DNA from: Nitrosopumilaceae archaeon
Lineage (GTDB): Archaea; Thermoproteota; Nitrososphaeria; Nitrososphaerales; Nitrosopumilaceae
DNA length: 64,000 nucleotides
Direction: 5' to 3'
Assembly (NCBI GenBank): GCA_965207375.1
Contig: CBDBMG010000003.1
Span: forward strand, 868,340 to 932,339
Each line of letters opens with the position of its first letter. Positions within the stretch are counted from its first letter, which is position 1. Of this stretch, positions 1 to 12,590 are shown one piece after another. The notes below the pieces were generated by a model, which was not told the origin of the DNA, made no database searches, and saw only the letters and a list, made by a program, of their open reading frames with translations. The translations under genes and the position numbers were made by a program.

Positions 1-587
1 TCTATACATTAACAAAATGATGAACGCAAATGCAAAATTTGAAAAGCGTCTGCAGTTTTTGCAAGGTGTGCAAACCGCTTTAATCACATAAACAACCGGA
101 GTTTGAGAACTTTAAGAGATATTATAGCTGTCAGGACAACCAACAGAAGTAGTACTACTATAGCTTTAGCTACTCACCATTTATTAGAACAGTTGTCAGC
201 TTGTTTGTGGAGGCATAATTCCCTCATGGTTTTGCACCTCTTCAGTTTGTTGCCTGTCAGCCCTTTGTGGGAGTTGAGTCTTGAAGTAAACTCCCCTGCC
301 CATGGTTTTTGCCACGCTAAACCATTTGGTATATAATTATTTAATTCAATTGAGTATTTTATCAATGTTATTCCCTGGTGATTTTTGCCACTGTGAGCCA
401 CCAGGGGAATTTTAGTTATTTGCTAACAAGAATAGTCACATTGACAAGATGAATATGATAGAATTATGATCAATATGTAATGATGACAATATTTTGAGAA
501 GTATTGAATTGTGATGAATTTGAATTCTATAAACAGATGAATTTGTGAAAATGATGATTAGCAAACAAACTAATATCTATATACGTA

Positions 588-837
588 TGTGACTGGCTCT
601 GCGAAAAACCTCCATGTTAGTGTATTTTACATAGCTTCATACAAACAGCTGTAAAATCCTGATAGTTGCATTAATTTTTAATTGCTTTATATTTAACATG
701 TAGCTGGATCATTTATCAATTAATATGCAAGTTTCTACAACATTACATGGAATAGTAAGAGAGTTATGAGATTTTAAAGTTCTAAAAATGGGTCAAAATT
801 TGCACGCTAACATGGAGGATTCGCAGAGCCAGTCACA
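588..837. mobile_element. MITE with TGTGAC...GTCACA termini
   Basis: TIR tgtgactggctctgcgaa / ttcgcagagccagtcaca; TA on both flanks. Confidence 0.8.
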
Positions 838-871
838 TATATACCACTTTGTGTGGAAGGATCAAAATATA

Positions 872-1121
872 TGCGACCGAGTCTGCGAATACAGGTCTTA
901 CATATCTGCACATCCAATTACACGTATTCAGTGAAACATAACTTCCCCTGTGAATGAGCTACCAATCTGCAATTGCGCCACTTACTAGGATTTAGTCTGT
1001 CTTCTTCTAAATTCTTACGTACATCCATATGTACCACATCCACAGAGTGAGTTATGCATCTTTAAAGTCATAGAATTGGATATGCATGCAGATAAGACCT
1101 GTTTTCACAGACTCGGTCACA
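872..1121. mobile_element. MITE of the TGTGAC-terminus family
   Basis: TIR tgcgaccgagtctg / cagactcggtcaca; TA flanks. Confidence 0.75.
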
Positions 1122-1429
1122 TATCTTACATATATTGACCTGCTGCCATATATGCATTCCAAGAGAACTATTTCAACAATATTAAGTTAATTAGGAAGCT
1201 GTTCAAGTTGAAGCAGCACGCCAGCAGTTCCTCTATAGCAACTGTGTACATCACTTTCTTTCCCTATAATTGAAAACAATGTCACAATACAATAATGCAA
1301 ATCAATACAGAGTCCCCAGAGGAGGTTGGTCATGTGTCATAAAACTCACGTGACTTAATACACTGGATTCAACCTTTTCAACCCAAATTTTGCACATGTG
1401 CAGTATGTATATCAATACCACGATACTAC

Positions 1430-2550
1430 CTGAATCTACAATGCAAAAGCATCCACGAGTATTATCAAGTCCAAAGTTTACAACTCCAGCAAGAGCACAG
1501 AAACAAATGCCATTATGGAAGATTATGGAAGAGGAAATTGGAGAAACTGTTGATTCTAACTTATGAATATGATAAATCCTTGGATGAATCGTGTAGCAGT
1601 AATTGGAATATTGCTGAATACCCCTGAACACCGGCCACACTTGAACAAAGGAAGTTTGATGAAATTGAGGAAAATGCTATATATTATGTGGCTGGATATA
1701 TCATTAGGAAACTAATTTGGAAGCATGAAAAAACAAGTGGGGCTTTTTGTTAATGCATTGTGGGACATGTTAGGTCTACGTACAAGTACTTACAATGATG
1801 AAATCAAGATTTGGATAAAGGCTCAAGATCATGGAGGATTGCAACATGTTTCTAATGATACTTTTAACTGCTTTAAAGCTATTGAAGTAGTTACCTACCA
1901 GTAGGCTTGCGCCTAATATGCCGGCATAATTTGAGGAATAATAGGTACCATTTTATACGAGAATTATTCTGGAATAATAGGTCCTTAGTGAGCATAAAAT
2001 TTATTAAACGATCGTCCGCCCACGCAATTAATTATAGCGCATATTGAAAATATTTCGTCTCCAATTCGGCAATAACTTTGTGTACTTTCTCAATGTTATA
2101 GGTACTTTCTATGCAAGGTCTTTAATTCTATAGCTGTGTAATCAATGGTTAGTTGATATAGCTGTTATTTTCTTACTATCAGAGCGGAATAATTTGGGAA
2201 TAATAGGTGGTATTTTAAGAATAATAGGGAAACATTTTGAGAAGTTCTGGAAGGAATAATAGGTAAATTTTTGAGCATATTAGGCGCATCCCTACCTACC
2301 AGCTTATTGAAAGAGGATACAAAAAAGAGCAAATAATATCTGAAGCAAATTCTAACCCAAACATCTTGTTTTTCTGGGAGTTAATTTCAGATTTAGAACA
2401 AGAAAAATCTATGATGTTTCTACAAGATGTAATAGAGTTATGGTTCACAGTAAGGGGATTCGCTGTAACAAATAGGCTGTTTAAAGAGTGCAAGAAAGCT
2501 TCAAAAAGCAACATCAAAGGCAAAAAGGTCTGAGGAAAGCTTTACAATAA
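1430..2550 (+). pseudogene. Decayed gene convergent with the P-element transposase, resembling the P/THAP9 C-terminal region
   Basis: Reads EENAIYYVAGYIIRKLI...WIKAQDHGGLQHVSNDTFNCFKAIEVVTYQ|LIERGY...LWFTVRGFAV...KGLRKALQ* once the MITE at 1902-2294 is removed; has frameshifts; start uncertain. Confidence 0.65.
1902..2294. mobile_element. hAT-type MITE
   Basis: TIR taggcttgcgcctaatatg / catattaggcgcatcccta; perfect 8-bp TSD cctaccag (1894-1901, 2295-2302); removal restores the host reading frame. Confidence 0.9.
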
Positions 2551-3497
2551 ATCACCAGTGTTGTACTATTGTGTAACTGGAGCATAACATTCAATTATAT
2601 TTAGCTATACAAATTTTATGTGTCTGTTGCATCTACGTATGCTTTGGCAAAGGCCTACAAAGGGGTGACAATTGTAACTTACTTTTTGTTTACTTCCACC
2701 AAGTGCCAGGGACTTTTGTATAACTAGAGCTTGGTTATTTTCCATGAACTGAGCAACGGATGGGTTATCATTACGCTGCCCCGTGGCTCTCTGCTGTTCA
2801 AAAAATATTTCTGAAGTATCTTGATTGAATCGCTCTGTCAAAATGTAGTTGGCCCTTTCATGTGATAGCAGAAATTTGGTTGTCCATTTCAGGCAGAGTG
2901 TGTGCTGTGATATATACATATGTAATCAACTGTTGTTGTTTTCTCAAATTTGAAGCATACCACAAATCCTAATTCCTTCAATACTCTGCTGAGGCAATGT
3001 ACAATATGCCTTTTCTTCCTTAGGTATTGAGCTATCATCTGCAACTGGCTTCTTCCAATCTTCCAAGTACTGTAGTAAGGTAGTTTGTGGCCACTGAAAA
3101 TAACATTGAATGTATCGACCATTTAATGAGCAAATAGCTATATAAATTACACACCTCTAATCTTTCATCTCTACTTGAATAGAAAGGTTTCAAGTCAGGT
3201 TTTCTTTTTCAGTCTGCTTCTTCAATGGCACGAGTATTGAAAATATCAAAAAATTGTCAAAGATCCGACAAAACTTCTCTGTCTCAGTTGTGTTGGCTTG
3301 TATTCTTCTGAGTTCCCGCAGTGCTTGGAAACTATTAGCCACACTGCTACTAAGGACCTAAGTGTAGTCTTGTGTAAGATTATTAACAGAAACAACTAAC
3401 CTGAACAGCTAAACAAACTGTCATCCTTGAGTATAAGTTAAAACTGTGTGCTCTCTAGTAAGCTTCCTTCCTATGGACAGACCTGTACTGCTACTAG

Positions 3498-3671
3498 CAA
3501 TGCTTGAAATAAGAATTACAAATTGGTCGGCCATTTATTGAAAGTAGGAACGTATCATTGGATTCCCCATTGGAAGTGTACAGTAAATTTGTCCTAGCAT
3601 ATCAGTTTTGATCAACCAAACCTGAAATTGGTCGGAAAATGGCCGATGGCCAACTGTTATTTCAAGCTCTG
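3498..3671. mobile_element. Short MITE within the P transposase
   Basis: Imperfect TIR caatgcttgaaataa / ttatttcaagctctg; tactag duplicated at the flanks. Confidence 0.6.
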
Positions 3672-3815
3672 TACTAGTCTTCTCTACTAATTCAATCAGG
3701 TGCGATCATCTAATTTCAACTCCACTGTTCTACAACAAAGATCAAGTATGTACAACTCAGTAAGAAATTTATCCTCACCACAAGATGATGAGACCTTTTG
3801 TCCTGAGAATTGTAC

Positions 3816-4828
3816 TAGTGTTGTTTTAGTAAGGGCTTATAATTTTAGTTTTAGTAACTTAGCTCAATAATTTTAGTTTTAGTTTTAGTTTTAGTAAGAT
3901 TACTGAATTATTTTTAGTTTTAGTTTTAGTTTTAGTAAGATTTCTGAAATATTTTTAGTTTTAGTTTTAGTTTTAGTTAGATTTCTGAAGTATTTTTAGT
4001 TTTAATTTTAGTTTTAGTTAGATTTCTGAAATAGTTTTAGTTTTAGTTTCAGTTTTAGTTAGATTTCTGAAGTATTTTTAGTTTTAGTTTTAGTTATATT
4101 CTAAATACTTTTAGTTTTAGTTTTAGTTTTAGTAATATTTCTGAATTAATTTTAGTTTTAGTTTTAGTTAACTAAAATAAAAATGTCTTACTAAAACTAT
4201 TTTTAGTTTTAGTATTGAGTAAAAACAGGCTTAAAACAGGCTTAAACAGCGTTATGTTGCATCATATATGCCATTTGAAGACGTAATTACCCTTAGTTTT
4301 AGTTACGCTTTTAGTTTTAGTTTTAGTTTTAGTAAAAATTTACATTCTATTTTAGTTTTAGTTTTAGTTTTAGTACTGACTAACATTTAATTTTAGTTTT
4401 AGTTTTAGTTTTAGTACTGATTTGCAATTAATTTTAGTTTTAGTTTTAGTTTTAGTACTGACACGCAATTAATTTTAGTTTTAGTTTTAGTTTTAGTACT
4501 GACTTACAATTAATTTTAGTTTTAGTTTTAGTTTTAGTACTGACTCACAATTAATTTTAGTTTTAGTATTAGTTTTAGTACTGACTCACAATTAATTTTA
4601 GTTTTAGTGCTGACTCACAATTAATTTTAGTTTTAGTTTTAGTACCGAGTCACAATTAATTTTAGTTTTAGTTTTAGTACTGACTTGCAATTAATTTTAG
4701 TTTTAGTTTTAGTTTTAGTACTGACTTGCAATTAATTTTAGTTTTAGTTTTAGTTTTAGTTAACTAAAATATAATTGCTTTACTAAAATTATTTTTAGTT
4801 TTAGTTTTGATTAACTAAAACAACACTA
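3816..4828. mobile_element. hAT-type MITE filled with (TTTTAG)n arrays
   Basis: TIR tagtgttgttttagt / actaaaacaacacta; perfect 8-bp TSD aattgtac (3808-3815, 4829-4836); removal restores ICNAWYN|SQDKRSHHLV in the P transposase. Confidence 0.9.
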
Positions 4829-7196
4829 AATTGTACCAAGCATTACAGATGATTTTTATCAAATGTGGCATATTAGCAATAAAGTAAATGAAATCTCCGG
4901 ATGAACGACACACATTAGGCACTCTGTATGTGACACCTGATTTCATATAGTAATACTGCTCCATCTGATGCCATCTAAAGAATTTTCTGTTAGGAGCAGC
5001 ACCATCTGCAACCACACAAACTAGCTACTTGAACAACAGGTAATTGAAGCATTCTAATAGCTCTCCACACCAAATACACTAAGTAATTATAATTAGAGGT
5101 GACACCTAAGAATGCCACATACAAGACCAATATAAAATATATACGTATTACAAACCTGTGGTTGCAAAATGAAACAATGGAAAGTTCAATTTAAAAATTT
5201 CCTCTAATTATGGTCATTATATACGTATGTTACCATATGAGTTGCCACAGTGTGGCTTCTCAGAGACTGCCCACGAGTGCATTTCTCTTGGAATGCAGAG
5301 AACCATTCATCCAGGCTTTGCTGGCCACAATCAACAAATCCAGTAATTGTTCCAGTATGTTTGTCAAATACAAGATGCTCACGAATTTTCATCATAAAAC
5401 AACAAACCTATAATAGAAGTTTTAGTTGTAGTGTTTATCATACGTACGTTTCCTATTCTGCACTCTTAGATGATTGATTATAGTTGCATCAAAGCCTGGT
5501 CTCATGCTTATGCCAGTGCGTGTAATCTCTCAATGTCCTGTTTGAAGGTAAGCATATATAACCTGACACGCAAAATATCGTAAGTCTTCCAGGATGTCAA
5601 CATTATGTTAAGGCATAATCTTATAAACAAGGGGTGCCACCTGACACCATTTCTCTTTGCCTTGTTAGCTTTTACCTTTGTGGAAGATAAAATGAGGTAT
5701 GCACAGAAACTCAATGCATACCTGTTGTTCTCAAAAAATCTGCTTGAAATAATCTTTCTCCAATGCCTTGTGGTCCTCAATAACTCTTTGCATATCTGAA
5801 TTCAAACTATCATCCAGTTGTATACAAGAACTAGATTCCATCAACATTTTTGCTTTCAGTCTAAGCCTTCTGAGTTGAGCATTTTTGCTTTTAATGGCTC
5901 TCTGCAATGATTGTATGTATGCGGATCTTTGAGGTGTTTGCAAATATCTTGTGTTGATGTGACTGCTAACAGTTTTTAGCCTACTGTGTCTTGAAACTAG
6001 AGAACGGAGAGTGTTACACGATATTCACTGCAAGTTAAACAAACAGACTGCTCCATCAAAAATATACTACATTGTACATGTCCAACAGTAGCTGAGTATT
6101 CAACTCCATCCACATTGATGCACATGCTTTCATCCAGAGTAGCCACAATATCACCAGAAGGAGATAAAACCTTTTTCTTTCTCAGTTTAGCCACTTCTAT
6201 AAACTCTGGTTCAAAGTTTCCATGGCACAAACTTTGCCTTACTTATACACTGCATTAAGCTCTTCAAGAATGGTTTTAGGATAGGTACTAAAACATTATT
6301 TATTGAAACTAAGTGGCTACCAACAAAAACTTGCCAAGACATATCACTTCTAATCAGCAGACAACGGGAAAATGTATAGATGACGATGATGACTGGCTGG
6401 AAACTTGAGTACAGTGAATTTCTTTAATACCATGCAAAACGCAGATGGTGACATCAGTTTGTTCACGTGGGGTATGTATGTTTCCAATTCAGGAGGGGTA
6501 TCTCTTATCTATGGTATAAATTTATTACATCCATTTAAATTTTAAGTTATGTTAATGATGGGTGCATGGCTGCACATGCATTGCATGGGCCCCCAAAATA
6601 TTGATAACATACAGTGCTGCCTTATGACTGTTATCCTAAGTGATATTCCATGTATACAAATATAATCTATTAGGAGTTCTGCATTCTGCCAATTCATTGT
6701 TAGTTCTTTACTCTTAAGGTTCAAACAACCAGATTTCTAAATGTCCAACTGACAACTGATTCAGGCACAGCTGGTGATAGTACTTGAGTAAGGTGCGTAG
6801 GAAGCACTCCACAACTGAGGTGGCACGATAAGTTATCAGGATACATTATATGGAGTAACGGTAAAAACTGGGGGGTACGTGCTCCCTGATTCCGACGCCT
6901 ATGAGTTTTTACAAGATACCAGCCCTGGTTAATTAATCTATTTTCATGTAATTTTTATGTGTTGATAATTGATGATTACTGCATTGGATATACACGTACT
7001 TTGCATATAATTATATACTTATACTAGGGCCCAAACGAATTTGGATTACCAGGGTTCGAACATTCATTAGTTAAAGTTCACAAATCTTTTGAACTTAAAA
7101 AATCATTGTGCATAATAGTTACAAATTGATCTGTAAAACAAAATTACAGCATATTTAATAGTACTTGACTCAAAGCAATATTATGATATTTTTAAA

Positions 7197-8154
7197 TTAT
7201 GTTATTAAACAGTAATTGTTATGGAGAAAAATTAATGCATTTACATTCTCCCTGCTCAAACTGCTGCGAAGTCTAGTGACAGTTAACCCTGCTACTGAAA
7301 ACAACCTTTCACTGCTTATGGAAGTTGCTGGGATAGCAGAAAGAAGTTTTACAAGCTGACTGAGATGAGGATAACGTAAAGAGTTGGCTTTCCACCAAGC
7401 TAAAGGATCAGAATTCCTAGGAGCACCAGATTCAGAAAAATACAAATCCACTTCATCCTCTAATGTAACAGATGGATTATTTTCTTCTCTTCCAAACAAA
7501 ATATCCAGAGCTTTCTTCTTGGTTGGAGGTTGTGAATTTTGTGAGACTTGTGAGTCTGAGTTTAGCGTATCACAAGCAAATTGTAGCTGTTGTATTTGGT
7601 CTCTTAATTCTGCTTTTACTTCTGATATTTTTTCTGCATTAAGAAATTTTAGGGCTTTGTACCGAGGATCCAAAGCTGTTGCAAGCACTTTGATATCTGA
7701 AGAATCAATGTCATCCAAATGCCACATACTTCTAATCTGACTATCAACAGATATCTTAAATCTTCTAATGTTTGTTGAATCATTTTCTTTAACTTCCAGA
7801 TGCTTGAGAATTCCAAAAAGAACAGGAAGAATTGACGATAGAGATGAGGTTGCCTCAGAGCACAGGTATGTTGTTCCTATTTCTAGTGGGTGAAGTATTT
7901 TTACTAAATCACCAAGTAGCTCCCACTGTGTGGTTGTCAAATCTAGCCTTCTATGCTCTACCCTTGTCACAGATTCATCTGCTAGAACTGCTGAAATTGG
8001 CCATCTGTTTTGAAGAAGCGATTCACACATGTAAAAGGTACTGTTCCATCGTGTTTTACAGTCATTTTTCAATTTTTGTTTAGGTTGATTCATGCTTTCT
8101 TGCCTTTTTCGTAGCTCTTCAGTAGCTCGGGTACTATGGTGGAAGTGTTTGACC
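7197..8154 (-). pseudogene. hAT transposase, C-terminal half
   Basis: KHFHHS, DCKTRWNSTFYM, LDPRYK, PLAWWK, PATSISSERLFS (hATC dimerisation region). Confidence 0.95.
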
Positions 8155-8255
8155 GGTTGTTTCCCCATATAAGAATCACAAAATATGAATTATAAATATA
8201 TGTAAATAACATTTATTCCAGTGCAGTATTTCTAAATTAAATGCTTGAGGAATGC

Positions 8256-9681
8256 TCTACTGGTTCTAGTGGTTCTGATGGTTCTAGTGGTTCTGATAGT
8301 TCTACTGGTTCTAGTGGTTCTAGTAGTTCTTATGGTTCTGATGGTTCTAGTGGTTCCAGTAGTTCTTATGGTTCTGATGGTTCTAATGGTTCTAGTAGTT
8401 CTTATGGTTCTGATGGTTCTAGTGGTTCTAGTAGTTCTAATGGTTCTAATGGTTCTAGTGGTTCTAGTAGTTCTTATGATTCTGATGGTTCTAGTAGTTC
8501 TTATGGTTTTAAAGGTTCTAATGGTTCTAGTGGTTCTGATGGTTCTAGTGGTTCTAGTAGTTCTAATGGTTCTAATGGTTCTAGTGGTTCTAGTAGTTCT
8601 AGTAGTTCTTATGGTTCTGATGGTTCTAGTAGTTCTTATGGTTCTGATGGTTCTAGTGGTTCTAGTAGTTCTAATGGTTCTAATGGTTCTAGTGGTTCTA
8701 GTAGTTCTTATGGCCAGTTCTGATGGTTCTAGTGGTTCTGATAGTTCTAATGGTTCTGATGGTTCTAATGGTTCTAGTAGTTCTTATGGTTCTAATGGTT
8801 CTAGTCGTTCTAGTAGTTCTTATAGTTCTAATGGTTCTAGTGGTTCTTATGGTTCTGATGGTTCTAGTGGTTCTAATAGTTCTAATGGTTCTGATGGTTC
8901 TAATGATTCTAGTAGTTCTTATGGTTCTGATGGTTCTAGTGGTTCTGATGGTTCTACTGGTTCTGATGGTTCTACTGGTTCTAGTGGTTCTAGTAGTTCT
9001 TATGGTTCTGATGGTTCTAGTGGTTCTAGTAGTTCTAATGGTTCTGATGGTTCTAGTGGTTCTAGTGATTCTTATGGTTCTGATAGTTCTACTGGTTCTA
9101 GTAGTTCTTATGGTTCTGATGGTTCTAATGGTTCTAGTGGTTCTAGTAGTTTTTATGGTTCTGATGGTTCTAGTAGTTCTGATGGTTCTAGTGGTTCTAC
9201 TGGTTCTAGTGGTTCTAGTAGTTTTTATGGTTCTAGTGATTCTAGTGGTTCTAGTGATTCTAGTGGTTCTAGTGGTTCTTATGGTTCTAGTAGTTCTGAT
9301 GATTCTAGTGGTTCTTGTGGTTCTAGTGGTTCTAGTAGTTCTTATGGTTCTAGTGGTTCTGATGGTTCTAGTGGTTCTAGTAGTTCTTATGGTTCTGATG
9401 GTTCTGATGGTTCTAGTGGTTCTAGTGGTTCTAGTGGTTCTAGTGGTTTTAGTAGTTCTTATGTTTCTGATAGTTCTGATGGTTCTAGTGGTTCTAGTAG
9501 TTCTTATGGTTCTAGTAGTTCTTATGGTTCTAGTGGTTCTAGTAGTTCTAATGGTTCTAGTGGTTCTAGTGGTTCTGATGGTTCTAGTGGTTCTAGTAGT
9601 TCTTATGGTTCTGATGGTTCTGATGGTTCTGATGATTCTAGTGGTTCTAGTGGTTCTAGTAGTTCTTATGGTTCTGATGAT
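8256..9681 (+). repeat. Left subterminal array of 9-bp units (GGTTCT-AGT/GAT/AAT/TAT)
   Basis: Tandem array visible directly, starting immediately inside the TIR. Confidence 0.95.
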
Positions 9682-9744
9682 GCACTTCATTACTAAGGCC
9701 ACACCGGCTATTTCAATGGCAAACGTAACGGAACTCAAAACTTT

Positions 9745-9890
9745 TTAAACTGGTTATTGTTTTTGAAGCCTGTGGTGGGCACATACACAAACACACACGC
9801 ACACATACTGACACACATGAACAAACATGCACGCTTACTGACGTCCGTACAGAAATGATTTCAAGCAACCAGGGATGCGCCTGCATTAAA
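9745..9890 (+). mobile_element. Short interspersed repeat with (CA)n tract and terminal GC hairpin remnant (Helentron/HINE-like?)
   Basis: (CA)n then ctgacgtccgtacagaaatgatttcaagcaaccagg; related copies at ~14180-14270 and ~17133-17560 (opposite strand). Confidence 0.45.
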
Positions 9891-9974
9891 AATTCTAATA
9901 TCATGCAGCTCTAGTGACATTGTCTTTATGGTGCATAAATTACATAATTCCTTGAAAATTCTCACAATAAATAG

Positions 9975-12590
9975 CTATATTGTTGCATGTTCAAACATGT
10001 GTTTTAATTTTGAAGCAATCTGGGTAGCTGTTTTATATCTAAGCACAACTTCATCCTCTAAAGGCAAAAATTTGATTGTGAATAACTGATAATTTCATTG
10101 TACAGTTGAAAAGTATCTAAATCCTCTGTCTCCTCGATATTCTGTAGTTCACTTAGCACAATTGTTTCAAATGTTGACCAAATATTTACAGATAATACTT
10201 CTCCTCTTTCCACTGCAAATTTCTTGCTTGATGGAATTTCTATTTGTAATGAGAGAGCATGCCTCTTTCTCTTGCCTTCGATTGATGTAACTGGCTTTTG
10301 ACCATATGGATTGTTACAATTTTTGCAGTGACAATATGAACTACATGTAGTGCTACTTAAATAACACTTACATCTAGTAGCATAAGATTGGTTTGGAGTA
10401 CAGGATTTTCCTGAATTATTACCATTAATCCCACATCTGCAAGAGCTGTGCTCTTTGTGTGACTTGCTGCTTGCTTTGGAATCCTTCACTGTGTAAATAT
10501 AAGGTATTATTGCATCATAATGACCTGATCCTGTAGGGTTATATAGTAAGAACATCATATCAATTGGTTGACCAACTAGAGGAGTTACATATGTGGGATG
10601 ATATTAACATCCAGAGATAATAATTATGATGGATGCTTTTAGCGCTGTTGCTATAGCTAAGGGCATCAAATCACCAAATGCATTGTCAAAGAATCCATTT
10701 TGCAGAAACTTGTGTGCCTCTGTAGTATAATCATTAAGTAATGGAATGAATTCCTCATATAATGGACGATTTTCTCCACTAACTTCCTTCACAAATATCT
10801 CTCGCAGTTTGAGAGATAAAGATTCTAGATCAGTAGTGCCTAATTCAATCCATCTGTTAGGTCTTGATTTAATATTCATAGCCACCGCTTGGAAAAAGTA
10901 ATTTCCATTTGGAATTGTTGGAGAAACAGTCAATCCATATTTGCTTAGATTGTCATGATGATTAACAAAGCTGCTATCATCTTTGTTTAGAATACGAGTT
11001 GTGAATTCTTTAAATACATGAATGTAATCATTTAGCCTTGACACATTTGTTTTCTGTAATCCTTCAACAACTCGATATTTCTGAACACATTTTTGAAATG
11101 TGGCCATTATCAAATCTAAGTTTGTGCTATTTTCAAACGTAGTTTGCTCATAATGATCACATCCTGTGTCGTTTGTAATGGTTTGATGCTTTGGCATAAT
11201 TCCTATTGTTCTTGTACTCATTGTTGGAACTTTGCATAAAGAGTTGGCTGTAATTGGTTTGCTTACAACCTTTCCTCCAAATTTTATTGTGGCATTGTTT
11301 GAATGTAGAATTACAGTTAACAAGGCATAAGCAAGAAGTATTCCAATCCTACTTCTATTCCAATGAGTTGATGAAGTCCTTTATTTCGATTGGTTCCACA
11401 TCCTGCTGGAATATTAGACAAATACCCCAATGTTATGTGTTTCTTAAGCCTTTCAGTAGCAACATCTGTCTCACTATTAAATAATTTTACACCATTGTGA
11501 TCAGCTACTTTCTACCACTTTTTAATAAAATTATTCAAAGCTTAGTAAGATCTTTTCAGATGAGGGGGTTGTAGAAAGTCTTTTCTCTCCAGAATCACCA
11601 TCACATCTAAATACCAAACGCAAATCTTGTAAGCATTGTAATCTATATGGATGTCTTTTACGTAAAGTTTTAGAAATTCTTTGCACTGCATGAAATATAT
11701 CCAATTTTACAGATATATTTTTTCCAAAAACATTTTCTATTTTGTTGCGAAGTTTGCAACAGTCATCAACATACACTGTCCTCAAATTTTCATCTGATCT
11801 ACTTCCAAGATTTTGTAATAGAGCCACAACTTCCTGAAAACTTGTACCTTTTGTTAACTGCCAAGATACTATCTTTCCTTGATCATTTAGTACCAGAAAT
11901 AAAGAATTATATACATTAATCCATTTCTTATCTTCTCTAAGATATCCTATGTTAGAAGCTACTTTAAAAGTATGATCAAAACTAATACTTGTTCCTCTAT
12001 AGGAATAGCTTCCATTTCTTGCAAATATAATTGTTCATTCTGCAAAAATCCAGCTAAAAAGCACTTCGCTAAAATATCATTGCTTGGGGATTTAGAAGTG
12101 GGTGATTTCCAAAAGTCACTAGTAGTACTGCCATCTTCTTTAGTACTATCATCATTATTGGATAACAAGGTTTTTTGGTTGTTTTTAGTATGTTTTGTTT
12201 ATTATTGTAACATTCCCACCGTTTTTCTAATATGAAAGATTCCATGTCAAAGAATGTCATTCCTTTTTTACAAAGGGATGTACACATGTTAAACAGTTGC
12301 CTTGTCACTCCTGTTTGAAAAATGAATGGTATCACTTCTTTTGGCAATAGAGATAGTACTACTGTGTCATGTGATAGTAGTTTGTGTCTATTGTCACAAA
12401 CATAAACAGCGCTAATCAGATAAACAATATCCTCGACACTATGAAGTAACCTTGGTTGTCTAGAAGCACTACCACCATCATTCCAATAGGCTTCATACAT
12501 AGAACCTCCACATTCAATACACTTAATTAATCTTGGGGGGTAATTTGCGGATATATTAAGTATGGGTTCCATATAATGACAGTACACGTA
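9975..12590 (-). pseudogene. Zisupton/KDZ-like DDE transposase fused to OTU and CXC (CRC/tesmin-like) domains
   Basis: N-terminal C/H-rich region (IIWNP..CIEC..QPR..YVC..H); SISFDHTFKVASNIGY; VYVDDCC; VKLDIFHAVQRI; CGTNRNKGLH; OTU-like PNGNYFFQAVA...GDLMPLAIATAL...GHYDA; CRCG...RCKCY...CHCKNCNNPYG; several frameshifts and stops. Confidence 0.8.

Larger units (their letters stand above)
2605..6420 (-). pseudogene. P-element/THAP9-like transposase, multi-exon, decayed
   Basis: Motifs GVRWHPLFIR, MKIREHLVFDKHTGTITGFVD, VADGAAPNRKFF, MPHLIK, VLSSSVA...FCRIFD, YILTERFNQD..EIFF.QQR...NDNPSVAQF; stops, frameshifts and two MITE insertions; 5' limit approximate. Confidence 0.85.

Noticed and set aside
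3840-4810. Interstitial telomere
   Set aside because: Unit is TTTTAG rather than TTAGGG, and it lies within TIRs with a TSD
8241-9748. Long Ser/Gly-, Val/Leu- and Thr/Arg-rich ORFs
   Set aside because: By-products of a 9-bp repeat that is open in several frames; the array is part of the element's inverted ends and contains frameshifts
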